The notes under the pieces: model-generated | Database searches by the model: none | What the model was told of the DNA's origin: nothing | The model's input: the letters and a program-made list of their open reading frames with translations, nothing else | Shown: piece after piece, positions 36,230 through 45,736 of the stretch | How positions within the stretch are numbered: the stretch's first letter is position 1 | How the letters are laid out: every line of letters begins with the position of its first letter | Source of the DNA: Candidatus Pyrohabitans jungbluthii | GTDB taxonomy: Archaea; Hydrothermarchaeota; Hydrothermarchaeia; Hydrothermarchaeales; BMS3B | Length of the DNA: 64,000 bases | Assembly: GCA_002010065.2 (NCBI GenBank) | Contig: MTMD02000014.1 | Location: 32,001-96,000 of the forward strand | Direction: 5' to 3' | Translations under genes and position numbers: made by a program

Positions 36230-37324
36230 ATGTACTGGCTTCTTCGCCCGGACGCAGCGCGTGCCTTTGAAGACCGAGGAGTGAAGCACGCCTTAGGGAG
36301 ATACATCAGCGTCGCCACCAATGAAAAGCAGGCGAACTTCAGAATAGCGCAGCTTGTGGCGTCTGACTACTCAGCCCAAGATAGCACCGAGGAGCTGTGG
36401 AAGCTTCACTCAGAGAAGCTTAAAGATTACGAGAGGCTGAAGGCAGAGCTCGACGCTGGGAAGAGGGATTACGCCTCTATCGCTAAGCCTGAGAAGACTC
36501 TGCTTGACCTTAAGCGAGAGCTGGCGTGGCGCATGCTCGAATCCTGTGAGTTCTGTGAGCGCAGGTGTAAAAGAAACCGCAGGAAGGGCGAAATTGGCTT
36601 CTGCGGCGTTGCTGGCGAGGCAAGGCTGAGCAGCGAGTTCCTGCACATGGGTGAGGAGGCTTGTCTAGTGCCCAGCCACACCTTTTTCTTCATAGGGTGC
36701 AACTTTTATTGCGTTTACTGCCAGAACTGGCCGATCTCGCGGCATGTGGAAAAGGGCTTGCCTGTAACCGGGGAATACCTGGCGGAGCTTGCTAGGAAGC
36801 GCAGACTGGGCGAAGGCAGTCGCAACGTTAACTTGGTGGGAGGCTCACCCACACCAAGCTTGCATGTTATTTTAGACATGCTTGCAAAGCTGGACGTGAA
36901 TGTGCCCATAGTGTGGAACAGCAACATGTACATGAGCCAAGAAGCCATGGCTCTGCTCCATGGCGCTGTGGACGTCTATCTAGGAGACTTCAAGTACGGC
37001 AACGACGAGTGTGCCATGCGTTTATCCAGGGTGCCCCGCTACTTTGAGGTGGTGACGCGCAACCTCCTGCTCGCAAGGGAGCAGCAGGCGGAGCTTCTCA
37101 TCCGCCACCTCGTACTTCCCAATCACGTGGAGTGCTGCACCCGCAAAATTCTGGAGTGGATAACCAAGAACCTTGGAAACAAGGCGAGGGTGAATATAAT
37201 GGGGCAGTACCGCCCAGAGTTTGAGGCGTACAAGCATGCGGAGATATCACGGAAAGTTACCAGCGAGGAGATGGGCAGAGCCTTCGCTATTGCAAAGGAG
37301 CTCGGGCTTTGGAACCTGGACTGA
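36230..37324 (+). CDS. Radical SAM protein, PflX-like
   Basis: CEFCERRC, HMGEE, CNFYCVYCQN, DFKYGND and IRHLVLP motifs. Confidence 0.9.
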   Translation: MYWLLRPDAARAFEDRGVKHALGRYISVATNEKQANFRIAQLVASDYSAQDSTEELWKLHSEKLKDYERLKAELDAGKRDYASIAKPEKTLLDLKRELAWRMLESCEFCERRCKRNRRKGEIGFCGVAGEARLSSEFLHMGEEACLVPSHTFFFIGCNFYCVYCQNWPISRHVEKGLPVTGEYLAELARKRRLGEGSRNVNLVGGSPTPSLHVILDMLAKLDVNVPIVWNSNMYMSQEAMALLHGAVDVYLGDFKYGNDECAMRLSRVPRYFEVVTRNLLLAREQQAELLIRHLVLPNHVECCTRKILEWITKNLGNKARVNIMGQYRPEFEAYKHAEISRKVTSEEMGRAFAIAKELGLWNLD

Positions 37325-37333
37325 GGTGGGGAA

Positions 37334-37963
37334 ATGGAGATAGTACCTATAATTTCTAAAGGCTACGATTCGAATGTGTATGTTATCAAGGATGAGAAGG
37401 TGGCGGTTATAGACACGGGGCTGAGCGAATCCTGGCTGGAGCGCAAGCTTAGCGAGGTAGTTGCCCCTGAGCGCGTGGACTACGTGATAAACACCCACGC
37501 TCACGTAGACCACTGCGGGGGCAATGCGCTTTTCAAAAACGCGAAGACGCTCATCCATGAGCTTGATGCCCAAGCTTTGAGCGACGGCAGGTTCTACGGC
37601 ACTGCCTCGCTTTTCGCTCAGGGTAAGAGCCTGAGGTATGACCGCGTGCTTAGGGAGGGCGATGTTATAGATCTGGGCGAGGCTAAGCTTGAGGTGCTCC
37701 ACACCCCCGGGCACACCCCGGGAAGCGCGTGCTTCTATATCTCCAGCATAAAGGCGCTCTTCTCAGGCGACACCCTTTTTGCGGGAGGAAGCTTCGGACG
37801 CGTAGACTTGGGAGGCAACATGGAGCAGCTCAAGGCTTCTTTGCGACGCCTAGCTAAGCTGGATATCGATGTGCTCTACCCTGGGCACATGGAGGTTGTG
37901 GAGGGCGAGGAAGCCAGGGAAAGTGCACGCCTGGCATGGGAGATTGCGGAGGAGTATTACTGA
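37334..37963 (+). CDS. MBL-fold metallo-hydrolase (glyoxalase II-like)
   Basis: THAHVDH, HTPGHTPG, FSGD and PGH motifs. Confidence 0.92.
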   Translation: MEIVPIISKGYDSNVYVIKDEKVAVIDTGLSESWLERKLSEVVAPERVDYVINTHAHVDHCGGNALFKNAKTLIHELDAQALSDGRFYGTASLFAQGKSLRYDRVLREGDVIDLGEAKLEVLHTPGHTPGSACFYISSIKALFSGDTLFAGGSFGRVDLGGNMEQLKASLRRLAKLDIDVLYPGHMEVVEGEEARESARLAWEIAEEYY

Positions 37964-37998
37964 AGACTTTCTAGGCTTCGCGTTGCTAAGCCTGGCAA

Positions 37999-38106
37999 AT
38001 GAGGTCCCGCAACGTCCTTGCCAAGGTGCTCGGGAATAGGACAAAGGTGAAGCTGCTCAGGGCGTTTTTCACCTATCCTGGCAAGGAATTTTTTCTAAAA
38101 TCCTAA
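37999..38106 (+). pseudogene. Truncated winged-helix gene fragment
   Basis: MRSRNVLAKVLGNRTKVKLLRAFFTYPGKEFFLKS* resembles the start of archaeal wHTH(-nucleotidyltransferase) proteins and stops before the HTH. Confidence 0.45.
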
Positions 38107-38351
38107 GGAGTTCAGCTTCGAACCTCTCACCGACCTTTTGAATGTAGGTTGGGGTCACTAATTTTCCTATAGTGCTGTAGGTTCCTATAACCTGTGACGC
38201 TTCCTATGGGAGCATATCTTTTGTAGCGAATCTTCCAGATTTGCAAACCCGCCAAAATATTTAAGTAAAAGCTTTCTACAAACAAAAATCGATGGTGTGG
38301 TTGCCTTGGGGGAATTCAGGAAAATACTGGGCACGAACGGGGGAGTAATGC

Positions 38352-38936
38352 ATGCCGCCACGGGCGATAAAAACAGTTAGAGACTTAATATACTGGCAAT
38401 ATGCAAAAATAATCGCCGACTCTGCAGGTTTTGGTAAAAGACACTGGCGCTTTGTGATGAGCAGATTCAAAAAGTTTCAGCAAGGAGAAATATTCTGGAA
38501 CGAAATCAGAGAATACGTAAAGGAGAGAGAAAAAAGAGACGAGTGTATATTTTGCGGCAATAAAGCTTCCCTTACTTTAGAGCACATGTTTCCAAGAGCT
38601 TTAGGTGGTCCAAATGATGAGAAGAATATTGTATGGGTGTGTCCCTCCTGCAACTCTTCGAAGAGGGACAGAAGGTTATACGAATATTATGCTCTGAAGG
38701 GAGGGTTGAAGACCGCAAAGTATGACGTTCCCAGAATCGCCGAGGGAAAATACCTGAAGTTCCTCTATGAAATGTTTAGAGATAAGGGTTTGCTTGATGC
38801 TGATATAGAGTACTTAAAAGAAAAAGTCTGTCCGCATTGTGATTTAAGAGAGACATGTGTCAAAGAGAAGAGTGAGGGGAAACTTTCTCCACTCTGTCTG
38901 GATGGGCTGGCTACGTTGTGTTTAATGGGGGAATAA
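38352..38936 (+). CDS. HNH endonuclease
   Basis: CIFCG...EHMFPRALGG...NIVWVCPSCNSSK. Confidence 0.88.
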   Translation: MPPRAIKTVRDLIYWQYAKIIADSAGFGKRHWRFVMSRFKKFQQGEIFWNEIREYVKEREKRDECIFCGNKASLTLEHMFPRALGGPNDEKNIVWVCPSCNSSKRDRRLYEYYALKGGLKTAKYDVPRIAEGKYLKFLYEMFRDKGLLDADIEYLKEKVCPHCDLRETCVKEKSEGKLSPLCLDGLATLCLMGE

Positions 38937-38993
38937 CGCGCCGTTGGTGTAAGAAATAGGTGGTATATCATAGGAGGTGGTAGATCATTCCTC

Positions 38994-39188
38994 TCAACAA
39001 ACTCCTTCTTTGAATTCTATATCAAAAAGGTCTTTATTAAACCGCCTCTTAAAAATATCTTCTGCAAGCTTTTTAAACTCCGGAAACTCCCTCGCAAACT
39101 GGACAAACAGCTCTCTTGCATAATAAACACACCCACCATCAGCAGAAACCATTATTTTAAGAATCTTTTTTGCTTCTTCTTTATTCAT
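38994..39188 (-). CDS. Small hypothetical protein
   Basis: 64 aa MNKEEAKKILKIMVSADGGC..., with a GGAGG RBS; overlaps the M48 gene stop. Confidence 0.55.
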   Translation of the reverse strand: MNKEEAKKILKIMVSADGGCVYYARELFVQFAREFPEFKKLAEDIFKRRFNKDLFDIEFKEGVC

Positions 39189-39945
39189 GTATACCTCCTC
39201 TCCATTCCCTCCATGATACCTCTGAAAATCTATGAGCTTGGAAACATGCCTTATTACCATTAAAAATCGGCAGCTTATAGCCAGTGTGGATATAAAACCA
39301 ATACTCAGTAAGCTTCTTTTCATTGGCTTTAAAGTCTTCAAACTCCTTTTCAACGATGCTCCAGAATCTCTTGCTGTGCCTCTTCTCTTTTAGATGTACT
39401 ACTTCATGGAAAACCACATACCTCATCAACTCCTCTGGAAGCACAGCCAGCTTCAAATTAAAGCTAAGATTGCCGTTTGAGGAGCAGCTTGCCCACTTGC
39501 TCCTCTGATTTTTAATGAAAATTTTCCCAGGCTTCAGACATAACTTCTCAGAATATTCCTCCACAGCTTCCTCAATTTTCTCTCTGAGGATTTTCCTGAT
39601 CTGCTTTTTAATCTTCCTGTGGTGTGCTTCACTTTCAGGATTTATTAATACCTTACCCCTCTCAAAATCGATGCTTGGTTCTTCAGATGGGACTATCTTT
39701 AACTTCCTGCCGAAAAGGATAGCCTCATCTTCATCGAGGCTTTCATTTATCTTATTTACAACCTCCTGAATTTCCCTGTACTTCCGAATTATCCAGCTTT
39801 TCTTCCTCTCTAAAATATCCTCCTCGCTCTTCATATTCTCGGGAAGCACCACAAGAAGCGAGCCCGTTTTGAACTCCAGCCTGGGGTACTTCACTCGCCT
39901 CTTCTCTACTCTGTATTCAACTTCAACCCCGTTGGCTTTAAACAC
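39181..39945 (-). CDS. M48/YgjP (DUF45) metallopeptidase-like protein
   Basis: SKWASCS, LSFNLKL, YVVFHEVVH and HSKRFW; typical position after hsdR; GTG start inferred. Confidence 0.9.
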   Translation of the reverse strand: MFKANGVEVEYRVEKRRVKYPRLEFKTGSLLVVLPENMKSEEDILERKKSWIIRKYREIQEVVNKINESLDEDEAILFGRKLKIVPSEEPSIDFERGKVLINPESEAHHRKIKKQIRKILREKIEEAVEEYSEKLCLKPGKIFIKNQRSKWASCSSNGNLSFNLKLAVLPEELMRYVVFHEVVHLKEKRHSKRFWSIVEKEFEDFKANEKKLTEYWFYIHTGYKLPIFNGNKACFQAHRFSEVSWREWRGGIHE

Positions 39946-39946
39946 A

Positions 39947-42900
39947 TCAGTCCAGCTCTTCAAAGCCCTGCATGATCTTCTCATGTATCTCCTTCCTATC
40001 CTCAAAGCTCAGCTTATCCTTGAACCTCCTCAAAAACCTCATCAGCTCCCTGCCCACCTCCTTCTTAGTGGTGCTCTTCCTGCTCCACCCCTGGAATAGC
40101 TTCCCCTTTTCCACGAGCTGCTGAACAAAACCTTTTACATCTTGAATTAGCTCCTCAGCTTTGCTCAGCCTCTCCTCCAGCACCACAAGCATTAGATACT
40201 CGTGCTCGCTGAGCTTGAGCCTCTTCTTCCTCTCCTCAAGCTCAATGAGATTTTTAACCTCCTTCTCAAGCTGTGAGTAAGCCTCCTCTATCGCTAACTT
40301 CCTCTGCTTCCACTTTTTTATTATCCTCTCCACCCTCTCGGCGATGGGCTCATACACCGGGTTGCTCGCCTTGTCAACGAGCACGTACCTGTTTAGGGTG
40401 AAAATCATGTCGTATATCTTCGCCTCAGCATCGCCATAGGCTTTGCTCAGCTTCTCCAAGTAATCCTCATCCAGCCTGAGAATTGGGAACTCCTCTTTTA
40501 TCCTGTCAACCTCAATGCTTCTGTGTATCGCCTCAAGCGTCTTGGGGTAGTACTCCTCTACTTTTTCTCTCACCACCAGAGCTTTAGGCTCCTGCTCGGG
40601 GTACTCTGCCTCCTCACTGGGGTCTCTCCTCTTTGCGTATCTGCTGTAGGCGATGTAAACCTGAGTTAGCCACCCGAAGCGCGAGGCATGCTGTGCCTTA
40701 ACCGGATGAGAGCCCAGAAACTCAAAGAGGTTTCTGAGCTTTCTGTAGTTTTTGAGAAAGAGCTTTGCCTTTTTTTCATCCTTAGCTAATAATTTTACAG
40801 CAGACATCAGCGTAGCCCTGTCGTCTTTGCCCTTATCAATCCCCTGGAATATCTCCTCTGTGTCCCCAAGAAGTGTGACGAACTCTTGAGCCTTTTCATC
40901 GATGCTTATGAGCACCCCTTCAACGTCTTGCTTCTCGTAGTCTTCTAAGGCTTTCTCGAATTCTGCGAGAATGCCCACGTAGTCAATAATCAGCCCCGCT
41001 TCTTTAACGCTCCTGTACGGGCGGTTGGTTCTCGCCACCGATTGGAGAAGCCTGTGCCCTTTCAGTGGCTTGTCCAGATACATAACCTGTAGCACAGGTG
41101 CATCGAAACCCGTGAGTAGCATGTCGGTAACCACGAGTATCTTGGGCAGCTTGCCATTTTTGAACTTCTCTACAATCTCCTCCTTTATCTCCCCCACATC
41201 CTTGCCCGGGAACCTCTCTCTAAGCTCCTTAAGGTAGTCAGAGATAATCTTTTCCTTCTCAACCCTGTTGTAGGTCATCACCACCTCAACATAGCCTTTC
41301 GGTAAAAGCGTGTCCAACTCCCTCTTGTAGTGCACGCATGAAGCTCTATTCACCGCCACAACCATGGCTTTAAACTTCCCGTCCACCTCCCGCAAAAAGT
41401 GCTCTGCAATATCGCTGGCGACCCTCTTTATCCTTCTCGGATTGGAGAGCACCACCTTAATTTTGTCCAGCTTTCTGCTTATCTTCTTCTCCACCTCTTC
41501 CTTCAGCTCTTCAGGAATTTCCTCCTCTTCATACTCAAGAAAAGCCCTGAGGAGGTTTTTTCTCAGCACTATGTCGCTCTCCATCCTCGTTTGAAAGACT
41601 ATGGGCAGGGTGAAGCCGTCCTTCAGCGAGTCGAGAACAAAGTACTTGTGCAGGTAGAGCTCTCCTTTATCTGGATAGGCAAACTCCAAAAAGGTGTCTC
41701 TCCCCTTCTTTGATATGGGCGTACCCGTGAAAGCAAAGAAGAAGGCGTTTCTAAGTATGTTCTTCATCTGCGAGGCAAGGAGACCGTACTGAGTGCGGTG
41801 TCCTTCGTCTATGAACGCTATAACGTTCTTCCTTGTTGCTATCGTCTCTCCTAAGCCCTGCGCTTCCAGCTCTCTGGCAAGCTCCTCAAGCTCCTTAGGC
41901 TGGAACTTGTGGATAAGGGTGATGAATATCCCCCTCTTTCCTCGCCCGGAGTCGTGGCTCAGCACCTCTCTCAGCTTGGCTATGGAGTCTATCACCTCCG
42001 GCTTTATCTCCACATCGAGTGCTGAAAACTCCTGCCTGAGCTGCTCCTGAAGCTCCACTCTATCGACAACGAAAAAGATGGTGGGGTTCTCTAAGCTTCT
42101 GTGCCTGTACAGCTTGAGCGCCGCGAATATCATTGTCAGCGTCTTTCCGCTGCCCTGCCAGTGCCACACTAGCCCGTGGTTTCTTTGGTCTTCTCCCCTC
42201 AGGTTGCGGAGCACCCTCTCGTAAATCATGTTCGCAGCTTCGTACTGCATGTATCTGGGCAGCACCTTCGTTATCCTGCCCCTCTCTTCCCTCACAAAGG
42301 TGAAGTTCGCCAGTATGTCCAGCAGAGTGCGCCTCCGCAGCATCTCCAGCGTCGCCTCAAGCTCGTCCAGCTCACCAGCGCGCCAGCGGTATATGCTTAC
42401 CTCGTCTGCCTCCCTCACATTGGGGAAGTACCTCGCCTCCTGCTCCGCGGCGATGCTGAACTGCACATATTTAAAAAGCTCGGGCACCGTGCTCTCATAC
42501 TCCTTGACCTGCCTGTAGGCATCCCGCCATGAGACGCTTGCATCCGCAGGATTCTTGCACTCTATCAGCACCAGAGGCATGCCGTTAACGTATAGCACAA
42601 GGTCGGCTCTTATTCTCTCAGCAGCACCCTCAAAGCTCACCTGCCTGCTCACCACAAACTCATTCTTTGCAATATCCTCTAAGTCAACCAAACGAGCAAG
42701 CATCAACTCCCTGCTCTTCTCCAGCTTTATCCCCACACCCCGCCTGAAAAACCTCAGAAACTGCCTCGTGCCATGTATAGACGCGGGCAGGCTCTTTAGC
42801 TCCACAAGTATCCTGTTTATGTCCCCCTCTGTAAGCTTCTCCCCGTTTATCCTCCTCAGAGCACTGGCTAAGCTCCTCTCCAGCAGGGGCTCAGCCAAGC

Positions 42901-43003
42901 TCTCCCTCTCTAACGCCTGCGCTGGCACAAAGCGCCAGCCCTCTTCCACGAGTTTTTCAATGATGTAGTCCTCGACGGCGCTCTTCTCGGTGAAGGTGGG
43001 CAT
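39947..43003 (-). CDS. hsdR: Type I restriction enzyme R subunit
   Basis: ADLVLYVNGMPLVLIECK nuclease motif, QGSGKT, DEGHR, FTGTP, MLLTGFDAP and QSVARTNR. Confidence 0.97.
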   Translation of the reverse strand: MPTFTEKSAVEDYIIEKLVEEGWRFVPAQALERESLAEPLLERSLASALRRINGEKLTEGDINRILVELKSLPASIHGTRQFLRFFRRGVGIKLEKSRELMLARLVDLEDIAKNEFVVSRQVSFEGAAERIRADLVLYVNGMPLVLIECKNPADASVSWRDAYRQVKEYESTVPELFKYVQFSIAAEQEARYFPNVREADEVSIYRWRAGELDELEATLEMLRRRTLLDILANFTFVREERGRITKVLPRYMQYEAANMIYERVLRNLRGEDQRNHGLVWHWQGSGKTLTMIFAALKLYRHRSLENPTIFFVVDRVELQEQLRQEFSALDVEIKPEVIDSIAKLREVLSHDSGRGKRGIFITLIHKFQPKELEELARELEAQGLGETIATRKNVIAFIDEGHRTQYGLLASQMKNILRNAFFFAFTGTPISKKGRDTFLEFAYPDKGELYLHKYFVLDSLKDGFTLPIVFQTRMESDIVLRKNLLRAFLEYEEEEIPEELKEEVEKKISRKLDKIKVVLSNPRRIKRVASDIAEHFLREVDGKFKAMVVAVNRASCVHYKRELDTLLPKGYVEVVMTYNRVEKEKIISDYLKELRERFPGKDVGEIKEEIVEKFKNGKLPKILVVTDMLLTGFDAPVLQVMYLDKPLKGHRLLQSVARTNRPYRSVKEAGLIIDYVGILAEFEKALEDYEKQDVEGVLISIDEKAQEFVTLLGDTEEIFQGIDKGKDDRATLMSAVKLLAKDEKKAKLFLKNYRKLRNLFEFLGSHPVKAQHASRFGWLTQVYIAYSRYAKRRDPSEEAEYPEQEPKALVVREKVEEYYPKTLEAIHRSIEVDRIKEEFPILRLDEDYLEKLSKAYGDAEAKIYDMIFTLNRYVLVDKASNPVYEPIAERVERIIKKWKQRKLAIEEAYSQLEKEVKNLIELEERKKRLKLSEHEYLMLVVLEERLSKAEELIQDVKGFVQQLVEKGKLFQGWSRKSTTKKEVGRELMRFLRRFKDKLSFEDRKEIHEKIMQGFEELD

Positions 43004-43976
43004 TTTTAGTCACTCTTTTTAGATGTTTTTCTAATTCTACATCAAAATTTTTGATTATATTACCTAAAATTATAAATATTTTGTCTAAAGAATCTACTAT
43101 GCCAAGTCCTGGCTTATAATCTGTTGGCTTAAGTTTTCCATCTGGATACCTCGTATATGAAAAATGTGGATAAGTAATTACAGATAATATAAAAATACAA
43201 CCAGAAATTCCAAAGAGTTTAATTATTTTATCTATATTTTCATGAGTATAAGTTAAATTTCTGTCTATAGAATTCAATTCATGTTCGGGTAAATTTACCT
43301 TTTTTAGATTTTTAAGTAAATCTATTTTGAATTTTTTTATAGTTTTGCGGAGCTGTCTTATATCCACATTTTTATCAATTTTAATGAATTTTTTACATAA
43401 CTCTAAATAAACATAAATTTCATTTTTATCCATTTTTGCTAATCGTTCTGGTTTACGTTCTATGTATTTTTTTAGTTTATCTATATCAGATTTATTAATT
43501 TTCTTTTTCAAATAATTGCATTTATTCAAACAATCAATTACCTTTTCCATATTATTAAGAAATATAAAAAATGTTCTCGGCGTAATATGGCTGATAGTTT
43601 TATTTTCATCATTCTTCCTAAATAATTTGGTTAATAAACCACCTTTTATTTCTTTTTTCCTGCCGTATAAGTCATTCTTTTTGATGATGCCTAAATATAG
43701 GCCATATCCTTTGGAAATTTTCTCTACAGCTTGCTGTAAATGATATACTGACAATGACCAAATTTTTTCTTTACTTAATAATTTTGCTGCTTTATAATCC
43801 TCTTTTGCACAATATAAAAGAGAAGAAATATATTCTGCATTTCTAATATGTGTTTGGTTATGAATATATTTTTCAAGGTATTGATATAGCTCTAACACGT
43901 CTTTTAAACTAATATTTAGGCCGGCAGTTTTATTTGCAGTATTAATCGCAACTTGAATAGCCTTAATATTTGTCAA
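42957..43976 (-). CDS. Expanded HEPN-domain protein (AT-rich)
   Basis: AKEDYKAAKLL...YHLQQAVEKISKG, SH and YTRYPD match the COG2250-type HEPN signature, split by a long helical insert. Confidence 0.75.
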   Translation of the reverse strand: MTNIKAIQVAINTANKTAGLNISLKDVLELYQYLEKYIHNQTHIRNAEYISSLLYCAKEDYKAAKLLSKEKIWSLSVYHLQQAVEKISKGYGLYLGIIKKNDLYGRKKEIKGGLLTKLFRKNDENKTISHITPRTFFIFLNNMEKVIDCLNKCNYLKKKINKSDIDKLKKYIERKPERLAKMDKNEIYVYLELCKKFIKIDKNVDIRQLRKTIKKFKIDLLKNLKKVNLPEHELNSIDRNLTYTHENIDKIIKLFGISGCIFILSVITYPHFSYTRYPDGKLKPTDYKPGLGIVDSLDKIFIILGNIIKNFDVELEKHLKRVTKNAHLHREERRRGLHH

Positions 43977-45736
43977 ATTTTCACCCTCCTTCTCCCTGTG
44001 AGCAAATCATTCATCAACCCCTTCTTAATCCTCTCTAGCTTCTCCTTTCGCTTCTTCTCCAGCTCCAGTTTTTTGTCCATTGTGCTCAGGATTTCGGCGA
44101 TTTTTTGTTGTTCGGGAAGGGGTGGAAGTGGGATTTTAAAATTCTTTATAATTCTAACATTTAATTGTGGCTGAGCAGTACCATACGCAATCCTCTTAAT
44201 TTGAGTTTTAAGAAAAGGTGTTCTAAAAAGTAAACATAGGAATTTGTTATCAATATTTTTATTTTTGTTTCTAAGGATGACCATTCCTGAGTTTATTCGT
44301 ATGTGTTCATAGGGCACATTATCATCATAATATCCAACATTTCCAATTGTTCCACGAGTGGTTAAAACAATATCGTATCTTTTCAATTTTCCCTTGCCCA
44401 TTTTAGAATCTTTTTCTTTAGAAATGAATTGAGTTTCTGTAAATTTAAATCCACTTTCGGTAACATTTTTTGCATTTAAAAAGAGACAAAATCCTTTATT
44501 CGAAAAATCTGATTGTTTAGGATAATTCACTCCCCTATCTCCATCTATTACTTCTATATTGGCATGTACTAGCCTAACCACCTCCCATTCCTCTGGAATC
44601 CTACCAATCTCGGAATCCTTAAATTTTCTATATTCTCCCTTCAAAAATTGCTCAAATGTTATGGCATGTCCACCAAATTCAGTGGTTACTAATCTCAGAT
44701 TTTTGTCATTGCTTACAAGAATTAGATTATTTTTAATGGAAGTTTCGGCTATTAGTGCATCTCTTATTTGATTTTCTTTTGTTTTTTTTCCAGTTTTTTC
44801 ATCTAATTCTTGAAGCTTCAATAATATTCTATCATATAAATCTCCTTCACCAAATTTTGAATTATCCCATCTAGAAATGTCGAAAACTGTTGTTTCTGTC
44901 AGAATTACGTTTTGTTCTAATTTTTTAAAAATTTCTAAAAGATTGCTTCTTCTTTCTAATTTCTCAGTTTTTTTAATGTTTTCAATTTCATCTTTTTGAA
45001 TGTGTGTAATGTAATAGTTATATTTGGTAGGGAGTTGATCCACACTTATTTTACCGTCTAATATGGCATCAAATATATTAGTATCAAACATAAAACCATT
45101 AATAATTCCTTTTGTCAAAAGCTCCTGCATCAAGCCCCTCTTCAGCCTCTCAGTCTTGGCTATGACGGCGCTGACTTTCTGGATGGCATTGTCCACCGTG
45201 CTTAAGATTTCGGCGATTTTGTGTTGTTCTGGGAGTGGTGGAAGGGGGATTAGGAGATTTTCTAGGTTTTTTCTACTAATTCTTGACCTTGTTGCCCCTG
45301 CTGATAATCTCATTGCTTCTGCTAATATCTTGGGACTATTTAAAATATATACTAGGAATCTTTTATCTACTCTTTTTTTATTTACTTTAAGTATTGTAAT
45401 ATCTACAGCAACAATATAAGGATAGGGAAGTTCTGGAGCAATGCATGCTCTCCCTATTGGTTCAGGCATTCTTGAAATTAAAATATCCTCTTTTGGTCGC
45501 ACAAAAGTACAACTTAGTTTTTTTGCTGAATCATATGAAATAAATCTATTTGATTTATCTAAAAATCTACCTATTCCAATATCCCCAACTTGTAAGAGTC
45601 TAACACCCTCAGAAGTATAATATTTTTTAAGTATCCAATCACCATCTTTTAACTTTCCAATTTCCTTATCCCCAAGCCTCATAACCTCCCAATCCTCTGG
45701 GATTTCTCCGATTGGGGTTTGCTTAAATTTTGTCAT
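43973..45736 (-). CDS. hsdS: Type I RM specificity subunit HsdS with an internal PIN domain
   Basis: Two TRD-CR halves (IGEIPEDW / IGRIPEEW; PLPPLPEQxKIAEILST twice); about 157-aa insert with FDTN, E, RDALIA and VSND. Confidence 0.92.
   Translation of the reverse strand: MTKFKQTPIGEIPEDWEVMRLGDKEIGKLKDGDWILKKYYTSEGVRLLQVGDIGIGRFLDKSNRFISYDSAKKLSCTFVRPKEDILISRMPEPIGRACIAPELPYPYIVAVDITILKVNKKRVDKRFLVYILNSPKILAEAMRLSAGATRSRISRKNLENLLIPLPPLPEQHKIAEILSTVDNAIQKVSAVIAKTERLKRGLMQELLTKGIINGFMFDTNIFDAILDGKISVDQLPTKYNYYITHIQKDEIENIKKTEKLERRSNLLEIFKKLEQNVILTETTVFDISRWDNSKFGEGDLYDRILLKLQELDEKTGKKTKENQIRDALIAETSIKNNLILVSNDKNLRLVTTEFGGHAITFEQFLKGEYRKFKDSEIGRIPEEWEVVRLVHANIEVIDGDRGVNYPKQSDFSNKGFCLFLNAKNVTESGFKFTETQFISKEKDSKMGKGKLKRYDIVLTTRGTIGNVGYYDDNVPYEHIRINSGMVILRNKNKNIDNKFLCLLFRTPFLKTQIKRIAYGTAQPQLNVRIIKNFKIPLPPLPEQQKIAEILSTMDKKLELEKKRKEKLERIKKGLMNDLLTGRRRVKI

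Noticed and set aside
44080-45250. Direct repeat within hsdS (PLPPLPEQxKIAEILST twice)
   Set aside because: This is the normal internal duplication of HsdS; no invertase or silent TRD copies are present to make a shufflon.
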